Shown: positions 1 through 8,432, counted from the stretch's first letter. The stretch: DNA of 19,388 bases from Bacteriovoracaceae bacterium (GCA_049599895.1 JBMYPC010000054.1:1-19388), one strand, 5' to 3'. Numbers and translations: made by a program. The notes: generated by a model from the sequence alone, not told the origin.

Positions 1-606
1 TACAAAACTTCCGGCAACAAGATTGTGGGCGCCGGCTTCATAAAGCTTTGAGGCATTTTTATCGTTCACTCCGCCATCGATTTGAATCATAAAAGAATTT
101 CCAACTCTTTTAGCAATTTCATGGGCCTGAGTGATTTTATTATAAGTATTTTCAATAAACTTTTGTCCGCCGAAGCCAGGTTCGACTGACATGATCAGAA
201 GAAGGTCGATGTTTTGATAAATATCGTCAGTAAGTTCTTCAAGTTCTGTTCCTGGCTTTATAGATATCCCAACGGAAGGAAAGTGTTTTTTTGCTTCTTG
301 AATAAGTTCAAGAGAGTCATCTTCCATAGCTTCAAAGTGAAAAGTAAAATTGTGAACTCCTGATTCTTTTAACTCTTCCATGTGAAACTCTGGGTTTTCC
401 ACCATAAGATGGGCGTCTAAAATAAAAGGAAGTTTTTTAGAAATAAGATCAACGATAGGTCTTCCAAAAGTGAGATTTGGCACAAAATGCCCATCCATAA
501 TATCAAGATGAAGCCAAAGATCTTTTCTTGGTGTAAATTTTTGAAGGTCTGATTCAATATTTAGAAAGTCACAAGAGAGAATACTAGGGGCTACAATTTT
601 ATCCAT
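1..606 (-). CDS. rpe: Ribulose-phosphate 3-epimerase (3' end runs off the window)
   Basis: Not in the ORF track; manual translation from ATG at 606 gives MDKIVAPSILSCDF...HLDIMDGHFVPNLTFG...DAHLMV...MSVEPGFGGQKF...IQIDGGVN...LVAGSFV, the standard Rpe motifs. GGAG lies about 10 nt upstream. Confidence 0.96.
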   Translation of the reverse strand, partial: MDKIVAPSILSCDFLNIESDLQKFTPRKDLWLHLDIMDGHFVPNLTFGRPIVDLISKKLPFILDAHLMVENPEFHMEELKESGVHNFTFHFEAMEDDSLELIQEAKKHFPSVGISIKPGTELEELTDDIYQNIDLLLIMSVEPGFGGQKFIENTYNKITQAHEIAKRVGNSFMIQIDGGVNDKNASKLYEAGAHNLVAGSFV

Positions 607-624
607 ACTTCAGGTCTCCAGGCT

Positions 625-1563
625 TTAAGAAATTTCAGTAATTTCAAATTGATCAAGTTTATCTTTGTTCCCGTTAATAAAATCTCTATCTGTTGTGGCC
701 TTTTTTCCTTCAAGCTGGAATTGATCCAAGTGAAGAGTAAAGTCTTTGCAGCCAATAAGAAATTCACCTGTTTTAAATGAGATCTCCCCAGGGCCTAATG
801 TTTCTTTTGCTTGGCTAAAGCCTAAGACCTTGACTCTTTTTCCATTCATCCCAAAAAAACAGCCTGGCCATGGTGTAAAAGCCTTTTTACGAGACAAGAT
901 CTCTTGAAAGGTCATTTCTTTAAAGTTTATAGCGCCTTCATTCTTTTTAATTGAAGGGGCAAATGAAATACCAGCAGGGTCTTGCGGGGTTGCTGAAAGA
1001 CTTCCCTCAATAAATTGGTTGATGAATTCAAATGTTGAAATACCTGCGAGAAACTTTAGCTTCGTATAAAGAGAAGCAGAGGTTTCATCTTCATCGATAA
1101 CGCATTTTTTAAGATAGTACACATCTCCAGCGTCCATCTCCTTCACCATTTTTTGAATGGAGACACCGGTTTCTTTATCATTATTGAGAACAGCATATTG
1201 AATTGGAGCTGCCCCTCGGTATTTGGGAAGAAGTGATGTGTGAATATTAAAGCAGCCTTGTTTAGCAAGAGATAAGGTTTTTTCAGAGAGAAACTGAGCA
1301 AAGGCCAAGACAATAAAAAGATCAGCATCTTGAAATTCACTTTCATCAACTTTATTAATGCTCTCAGGCTGAATAAAAGGAATTTTATTTTCCTTAGCGT
1401 ATTCAATAACTGGAGGATCCGCGAGTTTCATTCCACGGCCTTTTTTTCTCGAAGGCATGGAGACGACTTTGATAAGATCAACTTTTGGATGATGGTAAAG
1501 AGCTTCGAGCGTAGGGATCGAAAAATCAGGTGTTCCGCAAAAAACAACTTTTAACTTGTTCAT
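625..1563 (-). CDS. fmt: Methionyl-tRNA formyltransferase
   Basis: VVFCGTPDFS N-terminus, NIHTSLLPKYRGAAPIQ motif, ETGVSIQKMVKEMDAGD, PWPG. Start codon directly abuts the def stop (TAGATG). Confidence 0.97.
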   Translation of the reverse strand: MNKLKVVFCGTPDFSIPTLEALYHHPKVDLIKVVSMPSRKKGRGMKLADPPVIEYAKENKIPFIQPESINKVDESEFQDADLFIVLAFAQFLSEKTLSLAKQGCFNIHTSLLPKYRGAAPIQYAVLNNDKETGVSIQKMVKEMDAGDVYYLKKCVIDEDETSASLYTKLKFLAGISTFEFINQFIEGSLSATPQDPAGISFAPSIKKNEGAINFKEMTFQEILSRKKAFTPWPGCFFGMNGKRVKVLGFSQAKETLGPGEISFKTGEFLIGCKDFTLHLDQFQLEGKKATTDRDFINGNKDKLDQFEITEIS

Positions 1564-2163
1564 CTAGGATGTCACCATTTTCTTTTTAAGTTTTAAAAAC
1601 TTCTTTTTTAAAAAACTTTGCTTAAGCTGGCTTAGTCTTTCAAGAAAGACGACACCATCAAGGTGATCGTTTTCATGCTGTAGGCAGACAGCTAAAAGTT
1701 CATCCGCTTCAAGGATTTGTTCATTTCCTTCAAGGTCTTGAAACTTAACCTTCACAGACTTTGCTCTTTTTACAGTTTCGTAAACACCAGGAACACTAAG
1801 ACAACCCTCTTCGTATTCGTAGTTTCCGTCTTTTTCAATGAACTCAGGGTTAATGATAACCATTGGTTTAAAGTCTGAAAGACGAATTTCAGTTTCATCG
1901 TTAGCACCGGTGACTTCTTCACGGTTGTATTCAATATCCATGACAAAAAGTCTTTTGGAAATTCCCACCTGAGGTGCTGCAAGTCCAATTCCTGGAGCGT
2001 GATACATGGTAAAAAGCATATTTTTCACAAGCTCTTTAAGTTCATCATTAAATTCTGTAACCGGTTCGGCCACCTTTTTGAGAACAGGTGCTGGATACGT
2101 AAAAATCTCGAGTTCTTCACCTTCGAGGGTGTAATCTTTTAGATAAATATTGTCGTGAGTCAT
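1564..2163 (-). CDS. def: Peptide deformylase
   Basis: Motifs GIGLAAPQVG, EGCLS and QHENDHLDG; adjacent to fmt. Confidence 0.98.
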   Translation of the reverse strand: MTHDNIYLKDYTLEGEELEIFTYPAPVLKKVAEPVTEFNDELKELVKNMLFTMYHAPGIGLAAPQVGISKRLFVMDIEYNREEVTGANDETEIRLSDFKPMVIINPEFIEKDGNYEYEEGCLSVPGVYETVKRAKSVKVKFQDLEGNEQILEADELLAVCLQHENDHLDGVVFLERLSQLKQSFLKKKFLKLKKKMVTS

Positions 2164-2170
2164 GACAGGA

Positions 2171-2199
2171 TTTATAGCATTTCTGGATGTTTCAGTCCA
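2171..2199 (-). promoter_or_regulatory. Putative sigma-70 promoter for def-fmt-rpe (TGGACT-N17-TATAAA with extended TG), probably leaderless
   Basis: Minus strand reads TGGACT (2199-2194), 17 nt, TG-c-TATAAA (2176-2171), 7 nt, ATG; no Shine-Dalgarno is present. Confidence 0.5.
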
Positions 2200-2224
2200 T
2201 CAAGCGCGATGCGGTAAGTATTGA

Positions 2225-3838
2225 TTATTTGGCCTTGGGCTTAAACAGGATATAGCTATCTTTTAACCTATCGGAATTTCTATTTCGGAGGCTATAAATG
2301 AGATCTTTAAAGCGGATTTTTCGCTTCCAAACGGGCCAGACCTGTTGAATGTCGACCATCTGCGCAAGCTCAAATTGCTTAAAGTGATACTCGGTAAAAA
2401 TAAAATACGTGTCTTTATATTTTGCTAAGCGAATGAAGCGGTGAACGTTGTGATAAGCGATTGAACGAACATCACCTTCGAGGACTTCTTCAAAATAATA
2501 ATTCTTCTTAAATATGGTCATAAGGTTAGCGTTGCCCATTTTTTCAATTGCATCGTTTGGGATTTTCGGAAGAACAAAGTTTGGAATCAAAAGTGACCAC
2601 GTAATGGAAAGGGAAAGAGTAAAGATGAGAACTTTTTGATTTTCTGAAAGCTTTTTTTGAAAGAAGAAGAGGCAAAGAACGATAATTGCAAGGCTTGAGA
2701 GAAATATACTTGGTTTAAAGAAGCTTGGGTCAATAAGTGCGGCAAAAAGAAGAATAGCTCCGAGGAGAGCATAAAAAATCATTCCGACATATTTCAAAAG
2801 ATGTTTTTTGAAAAAATCAAATGCTGGTTCTATGAGAATGAGAAAAAACGGAAGTGCGGGAATTGCGTAATGATGAGATCTTTGCGAGGGAATAAACCAC
2901 AACAAAAAGAAAACAATGAAACTTGCAAGAGTAAATTTATAAAAAGTTGAGTTCTTTTGAATTTGCCTGAGAGCGATGATGCGATTGCGAAGATTTTTAT
3001 TGAAGACAAAAAGAAGTGAGAATGACCAGGGGATTGAAAAAAGAAAGATTCCCTGAATAAGCTTCAAAGGTGAATAGCTTTGAGATTTAAACTTACCTAG
3101 GTTTTCTCGTAAGAAAAAATAATTGATGAATTCATCTTTAAAGTGAAAGTAGCAATAGAGATACCAAAGAGAAGCGATTGCGAGTGAAGCAAAAAGGATC
3201 TTGCTGACATGAGAGATATTTTTAAGATTGATGAGAGATTTATTAAAAAGAAAATAAACTCCTAGTGCTCCAAAGATCATCGCATAGCTCACAGGCCCCT
3301 TAACAAGAGAGGCCAGAGCGATAAAGAGGACACTAAGCCAAAAGTCTTTTCTGTTATTATTGTGAATTGAGAGGTAGAGGTAGAGCATACTCAGAAAGCC
3401 TGTGAGGCAAAGTGGCATTTCAAGCATATAAATTTTTGCATATCGGAAAAACCCAAAACTACAAGAGAAAATTAAGAACCAATAGAAGCGTGATTTTTTT
3501 GTGATCCCTGAAAGAAGACCTGATGCTAAATAGGTGAGGCCAAAGGTCATACAAACAATGGAAAGTCTTGCGGCAAAGAGATGGTCACTCTGAAAAATCA
3601 TGGCAAAGGGAAAACTTAACCAAAACCCAAATGGTGGTTTCGACCAATGATATTCCCCATTATAAAGAGGGAACATATAGCTTTTCGCTTCAAGCATTTC
3701 TTTTGAAATTTTGAGATAAAATGTTTCCGTGCCCTGTCTGATGGCATCGATATCCCAAATCCCAAGAAGGTAGATGATGAAAATGACAAAATAAAAGAGA
3801 GTTTCTCTTTGTATGTTTCTCGGTAAGTTCTTCGTCAT
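2225..3838 (-). CDS. ArnT/PMT-2 family (GT-C) integral membrane glycosyltransferase
   Basis: Many hydrophobic segments; ArnT-like N-terminal pattern xE-xx-Y...SKEM...P..NG.....KPP...W, plus ARL, LVKGP and HYAIPALP. ATGA overlap with the upstream permease. Confidence 0.85.
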   Translation of the reverse strand: MTKNLPRNIQRETLFYFVIFIIYLLGIWDIDAIRQGTETFYLKISKEMLEAKSYMFPLYNGEYHWSKPPFGFWLSFPFAMIFQSDHLFAARLSIVCMTFGLTYLASGLLSGITKKSRFYWFLIFSCSFGFFRYAKIYMLEMPLCLTGFLSMLYLYLSIHNNNRKDFWLSVLFIALASLVKGPVSYAMIFGALGVYFLFNKSLINLKNISHVSKILFASLAIASLWYLYCYFHFKDEFINYFFLRENLGKFKSQSYSPLKLIQGIFLFSIPWSFSLLFVFNKNLRNRIIALRQIQKNSTFYKFTLASFIVFFLLWFIPSQRSHHYAIPALPFFLILIEPAFDFFKKHLLKYVGMIFYALLGAILLFAALIDPSFFKPSIFLSSLAIIVLCLFFFQKKLSENQKVLIFTLSLSITWSLLIPNFVLPKIPNDAIEKMGNANLMTIFKKNYYFEEVLEGDVRSIAYHNVHRFIRLAKYKDTYFIFTEYHFKQFELAQMVDIQQVWPVWKRKIRFKDLIYSLRNRNSDRLKDSYILFKPKAK

Positions 3839-4938
3839 TTAAGTCCTCGCCGTTGATACATAATAAAAGCAACGATGACACTAAAGAATACCGGAATAAT
3901 GAAGCTTGCAATATAAGGACTCAAGTTTCCACTAGTTCCCATTTCAAGAAAATAAGAATTCACAAGCCAAAAACACATGGTGAAGGCAAAGACGATGGAG
4001 ATGTTCTTTCCAAAAGAGCTGTTTCGACGGTTAGGGTTAAAGGCACCAAGTCCTGCGATAAGAGCAAAGACGATACAAGTGAGAGAGGTAGAGACCTTAC
4101 CAAGTAAGAGCATCATATATTCAGATGTTGAAATTCCCGAATCATCTAAGTTTTCAATATAGGAAATTAAGTTAAAGAAATTAAGTGTCGTAATGTCGGC
4201 TTCAATTTGTTTGAAGTTGAGAGGGGACTCGTTGAGGGCAAAGTCCATTTCTTCAAACTTTGAATGCATGGGAAAATTATTGCTATCAAGAAGTGAAACG
4301 ACCTCGCCATTTCGAAAGGTCCAATAGTTATGACTTTTGTATGAAGCCTGTTCTGCTGTAATGATTTGATTGAGTCTATGATCTCTAAAAAAATATGCAG
4401 AGAGACCACGAATGGTGAGACTTCTTTTGTCGAATGATCGAAAAGAAAAAAAGTATTCATCTGTTCGATACCAAATTTTTCCACTACCGATCGTACTTGT
4501 ATAAAGGCCTTTTCCTTTGAGGTTTCGAAATTTTTTATCAGAGTCAAGAATGAGCTGACCTCTGTATCGTTTGGTGTAGGGCTCAATAAATCCTAGAGTT
4601 ACAAACTGAAGAGCGGCAACGGCAAGTGAAGCATAGAATAAAAGAAGAAAGAAGGATTTACGGTCAAAACCACTGGCAAAGATTGCGGTGAGCTCATTGC
4701 GGCTTTTAAGTTTATTGATAGAGAAAAGACTTGCGATGAGACAGCCAATAGGAAAGATCTTAGCTGAATGATTCGGAAGAGAGATAAGATGATTCAAAAT
4801 AACATCAACAGCTGAGACATTTCCTCGCATAAGGCCAGAGATTAAATTGGCAACAGTGAGTAGCACCAAAAGAATAGCGACTGCAAGAAGGAAAAAGCGA
4901 AACCATTCTTTAAGAATGAGATATTGAATTTGCCTCAT
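3835..4938 (-). CDS. lptG: LptF/LptG family LPS export ABC transporter permease (LptG-like)
   Basis: Three N-terminal TMs with the motif L-x3-NELTAIFASG, a periplasmic beta-rich domain with ITAEQA...W, and three C-terminal TMs; 367 aa. LptG versus LptF assignment is tentative. Confidence 0.85.
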   Translation of the reverse strand: MRQIQYLILKEWFRFFLLAVAILLVLLTVANLISGLMRGNVSAVDVILNHLISLPNHSAKIFPIGCLIASLFSINKLKSRNELTAIFASGFDRKSFFLLLFYASLAVAALQFVTLGFIEPYTKRYRGQLILDSDKKFRNLKGKGLYTSTIGSGKIWYRTDEYFFSFRSFDKRSLTIRGLSAYFFRDHRLNQIITAEQASYKSHNYWTFRNGEVVSLLDSNNFPMHSKFEEMDFALNESPLNFKQIEADITTLNFFNLISYIENLDDSGISTSEYMMLLLGKVSTSLTCIVFALIAGLGAFNPNRRNSSFGKNISIVFAFTMCFWLVNSYFLEMGTSGNLSPYIASFIIPVFFSVIVAFIMYQRRGLK

Positions 4939-5638
4939 TCTTTTTTCCAGTAATATGACGAAGAATGATTCGAATCATAGGAATGAAAAGGAATCTTTTT
5001 GTCATACTTGAGAGAGGTTTAAAGAGATCATTACAACGAATCAAAAGTGGAGAAACAAAATAATAAGCATTAAATAGTTTTCTCCAAATCTTGGAATCGA
5101 TTTTAGTCGTTCGAAATCCTCTTAAGGCTATAACCTCTGGACTTGTTTCACCAAAGCAATAGGTGGCGACATAACAGCCTTTAGAGGCAACTCGAAGTTT
5201 TTCGTAGGTCTCTTTAAAAATTCCCACATTTCGAGGGAGTCTCTTTTTAATATACTTTCGAATAATATCTGAATTGAGTCGTTGATATTTAAAGCCGATG
5301 GAAAACTTCACAAATTGATTGAGACATCTTCTCGCTTCATTAATTGTCTTTGGGTTTTTATCATAGGCTTTGGCAAGATCCCAATAAACGTGGCTAATAA
5401 GAAGAAGTTCAGTGAGATCTTTTTGTTTATCAAATAGTTTTGGTGAAAGATTTTCTTCTTTCACCTCAAAATAAGTTTCGAGGGCCTTAAGGTAGGTCAG
5501 ATAGTTTTCAACTGATTTTGAAATTTCATTTTTAGCTGCATGTTCTTGTCCACGACGAAGATGTCCAAGTCGGGTTTGATAAGCCGCTCGTATAATTTCC
5601 TTTGAAAGTTTTTCTTCTCTTTCTTTGGATGTAACCAT
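4910..5638 (-). CDS. Helical (TPR-like) protein with C-terminal CFI-box-CTERM-like domain
   Basis: C-terminal GCYVATYCFGETSPEVIALRGFR...LFNAYYFVSPLL matches the CFIATA.YG....EV..LR.FR...FV..YY..SP pattern. The N-terminal part looks alpha-helical/TPR-like; no signal peptide. Overlaps lptG by 29 bp. Confidence 0.75.
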   Translation of the reverse strand: MVTSKEREEKLSKEIIRAAYQTRLGHLRRGQEHAAKNEISKSVENYLTYLKALETYFEVKEENLSPKLFDKQKDLTELLLISHVYWDLAKAYDKNPKTINEARRCLNQFVKFSIGFKYQRLNSDIIRKYIKKRLPRNVGIFKETYEKLRVASKGCYVATYCFGETSPEVIALRGFRTTKIDSKIWRKLFNAYYFVSPLLIRCNDLFKPLSSMTKRFLFIPMIRIILRHITGKKNEANSISHS

Positions 5639-5641
5639 TCG

Positions 5642-6532
5642 TTAAAACCGATAAGAAAAGGAAAATGAAGTTGACCTTAAGTTTTGGGCTTGAACACTCG
5701 AATCAACAATGGAGTAAGTCTCAACATTTTGATAGGCAAGATCAAAGCTAAGCTTTGGTTGAACCCAACTCACACCAAGTCCAGATGTTCTCTCTTCGAC
5801 AGAAGTTCTCTTTCTTGAAAAACCACCACGCAAATAAAAATCACTCAGGAATTGAATCTGTAGCGCCATACGATAAAGAAAGTTTTGATTGAGGTTCTCA
5901 GACTTATAAAGGGATCCAATGTCAGCCATTAACATAAAATGCTTTTTAAAGATGTATTGAGCTCCAAGAATGATATCGTCTTCAAACGGGTCTGATTGAG
6001 TGACGTCTTCAATAACAACTCCAAGAGTAAAGTCTGGTGAAACAATATGAGTCACCCCAAGATTTACGTTTTTGTATGATTCTTTATTGGAATTTCCACT
6101 GAGAAGTTCTGTATCTTTTATATAATTAAAGTTTAAACCAAAACTTGAGTTTTCAGAAACTGCTGATGCCATAGCACCACTAATTTTTTGTCTTGCTGTT
6201 TCTCCGTCTTCGTCTTTATGAAAACCTGCGGCACCCTTAAAGGAGCCTTTCGCATCGGCTGCGATAATTGAGAAAGAGTCTCCGTCTTTTTGATCCGTAT
6301 CCAAGTTTGTCAGTTTGTTTTTTTGATAGAAAAAAGATGAGTCTCTAAAGAAGGCAATTGAAGCGGGATTTAAAACGATGGCCTCTTCAAGAAGTATTGA
6401 ACCAACTCCTGTTCCGCCCGTTGAAACAAGTCGCGTTGTACTTTGTGGTCTAATTTCACTATAGCTTGGTTTTATGTATACTAAGATGAAAAAAAGTGCT
6501 GAAATGAATAGTCTAGTGTTGGTGTTTTGCAT
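5642..6532 (-). CDS. Outer-membrane beta-barrel protein, FadL/PorV-like
   Basis: Signal peptide; N-terminal R..STGGTGVG......AIVLNPASIA resembles the FadL/PorV hatch motif (R..GMGGA..A.....A...NPA.L); alternating beta-strand pattern; C-terminal BAM signal FSFSYRF. GGAG RBS present. Confidence 0.7.
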   Translation of the reverse strand: MQNTNTRLFISALFFILVYIKPSYSEIRPQSTTRLVSTGGTGVGSILLEEAIVLNPASIAFFRDSSFFYQKNKLTNLDTDQKDGDSFSIIAADAKGSFKGAAGFHKDEDGETARQKISGAMASAVSENSSFGLNFNYIKDTELLSGNSNKESYKNVNLGVTHIVSPDFTLGVVIEDVTQSDPFEDDIILGAQYIFKKHFMLMADIGSLYKSENLNQNFLYRMALQIQFLSDFYLRGGFSRKRTSVEERTSGLGVSWVQPKLSFDLAYQNVETYSIVDSSVQAQNLRSTSFSFSYRF

Positions 6533-6558
6533 TTTTTACTCCATTAAAATCAAGGTTG

Positions 6559-6588
6559 ATTATATATGAAGATTCGAACTGCTGTCAT
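6559..6588 (-). promoter_or_regulatory. Putative sigma-70 promoter for the minus-strand envelope operon (ATGACA-N18-TATAAT)
   Basis: Perfect TATAAT at 6564-6559 and a 5/6 -35 ATGACA at 6588-6583, the latter inside the galU coding sequence. Confidence 0.55.
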
Positions 6589-7441
6589 CCCCGTTGCTGG
6601 TAAAGGTACTCGCTTTCTTCCCGCTACGAAACAGACTCCCAAAGAAATGTTACCGATTTTAAATGTTCCTATGATTCATTACATTGTTGAAGAAGCCGTT
6701 CAGTCAGGAATTGAGAAAATCGTTTTCGTGACTTCTACAGGGAAGCATTCAATTGCCGAGTATTTTGATCGTAATTTTGAACTGGAAGCCTTTCTCGAAG
6801 AGAAAGGAAAGGTTGAGTTAAAAGAACAAGTAAAAAATATCGGTGAAATGATAGAAATTGTTACTGTTCATCAAAAGGAACAACTTGGACTTGGTCATGC
6901 CGTTCTTTGCGCTGAAGGCGTTGTTAAAGATGGAGCTTTTGCAGTCCTTTTGGGTGATGACATGGTTTTATCTGATGATCCCAATCTTCCTCGTTGTACT
7001 AAACAATTATTAGATTATTCGGCTCAAAATAATGGGGCCAACGTTATTGGAGTAATGGAAGTTGATCCAAATCTCACCTATAAATATGGAATTGTTGATG
7101 GTGAGAAGGTCGATGATCGTGGGATCAAGATGAAAAGGATGGTTGAAAAGCCAAAACCAGAAGAGGCCCCAACCAACCTTGCGACACCCGGAAGATATAT
7201 TCTGAGGCAGGAAATTTTTGAAATTCTGAAAAAGACACCTAAAGGTGTAGGTGGAGAAATTCAACTAACAGATGCCATCAATGAAATTTGCAAGCAAGGA
7301 AATACCTATGCCTACAAATTTGAAGGTGAGAGATTCGATACAGGCTCATTGCCAGGCTATCTTAAAGCGACGATTCACTTTGCGATGAGAAACCCTGATA
7401 CAAAAGAAACAATGAAAGAAATTCTTGAGAGTTATTCTTAA
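6566..7441 (+). CDS. galU: UTP--glucose-1-phosphate uridylyltransferase
   Basis: AVIPVAGKGTRFLPATKQTPKEMLP, QKEQLGLGHAV, LGDD, VEKP, GEIQLTDAI, RFDTG. Confidence 0.97.
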   Translation: MKIRTAVIPVAGKGTRFLPATKQTPKEMLPILNVPMIHYIVEEAVQSGIEKIVFVTSTGKHSIAEYFDRNFELEAFLEEKGKVELKEQVKNIGEMIEIVTVHQKEQLGLGHAVLCAEGVVKDGAFAVLLGDDMVLSDDPNLPRCTKQLLDYSAQNNGANVIGVMEVDPNLTYKYGIVDGEKVDDRGIKMKRMVEKPKPEEAPTNLATPGRYILRQEIFEILKKTPKGVGGEIQLTDAINEICKQGNTYAYKFEGERFDTGSLPGYLKATIHFAMRNPDTKETMKEILESYS

Positions 7442-7451
7442 GTGAGGATTT

Positions 7452-8432
7452 ATGAAAAACTTAGTTTTTAGTTTGATCTTAATTTTTTCAACTAACGCGT
7501 ACCCAGCTCCTGCTGTCGAAGGTCTATTCAGAGGGGGAAGTAATCCTCTTAATATTTATGATTGGAGTGTTTTTCGTTTAAGAGTGACTAAAACAGTAAA
7601 GGCACAAGACAATCAGAACCCAGAACCAGAGATTCCCCTTTCGACTCAAGATGAAACTCGTTACGTAAAGGTTCTTTTTACGACTTCCAACCAAAACAAA
7701 ATTAAGTTTATTCAAGTAGACTACGCTTCACCACAGATGAGAAAAAATGAAATTCTTAAGGTGACAACATTTGGTGATCTTCTTCGAAAATCAGAAGAAA
7801 TTCTTGAACCTGAAAAAATTCTCTTTTTCGGTTTAATTCACTCTCTTGCTAACGCAGACTCAAGATTGATCTCAAAACTCTTGAAAGTTTACTCAACGGA
7901 CTTTCAAAAAAATAAAGAGCTTCTCGATAAAGAAAAATTGGCCCTCTATGAAAGTTACAAGCAATACCTTATTGAGACGCCAAAAAAAGAAAGAGCAGAA
8001 AAGCCATCGCCGATGAAGCCAGAAGATATCGAAGAATATAATGTTGTAAAAGAAACTTTAAAGAAGCCTCTTTATATACCTACTAATCAAGTGAAGTTAG
8101 TTTCAAAGAATAATCAGTATTTTTGGAGAGCTGGAATTGATAACTTTGAAGCCTACTTCACAGTAAAAGACCATTTTTTTAGAGAGCTAAGACTCAATAC
8201 TCCGCAGGGAGAGGTCGCAGTCAGAGGGAAAAACTATAGAAAAATGTTCAACAATTTTGCCCTTCCCAGTCATTTCACTATAAAGGACGCCTTTGGTGGG
8301 GAATATTCAGTGGAAGTTAAGAATTTTCAGCAGTTTGGAAAGACATCCGGACAATATTCCAGGCTCTTAAAGCAATATCAGGTTAATGGTGATCTCGCCT
8401 TTGAATTCAGTCCTAATTCAATACTTTTCTAG
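7452..8432 (+). CDS. Hypothetical exported protein
   Basis: 326-aa ORF 10 nt after galU, GAGG RBS, N-terminal signal peptide (MKNLVFSLILIFSTNAYP); no family recognised. Confidence 0.8.
   Translation: MKNLVFSLILIFSTNAYPAPAVEGLFRGGSNPLNIYDWSVFRLRVTKTVKAQDNQNPEPEIPLSTQDETRYVKVLFTTSNQNKIKFIQVDYASPQMRKNEILKVTTFGDLLRKSEEILEPEKILFFGLIHSLANADSRLISKLLKVYSTDFQKNKELLDKEKLALYESYKQYLIETPKKERAEKPSPMKPEDIEEYNVVKETLKKPLYIPTNQVKLVSKNNQYFWRAGIDNFEAYFTVKDHFFRELRLNTPQGEVAVRGKNYRKMFNNFALPSHFTIKDAFGGEYSVEVKNFQQFGKTSGQYSRLLKQYQVNGDLAFEFSPNSILF

Noticed and set aside
607..624. Absence of rsmB (sun) between fmt and rpe
   Set aside because: Gene order after fmt is variable and there is no remnant; not informative alone.
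1143..4586. Short alternative-frame or antisense ORFs inside fmt, def, the ArnT-like gene and lptG
   Set aside because: They lie within confidently assigned genes and show no recognisable motifs; the same applies to the other nested small ORFs in the track.
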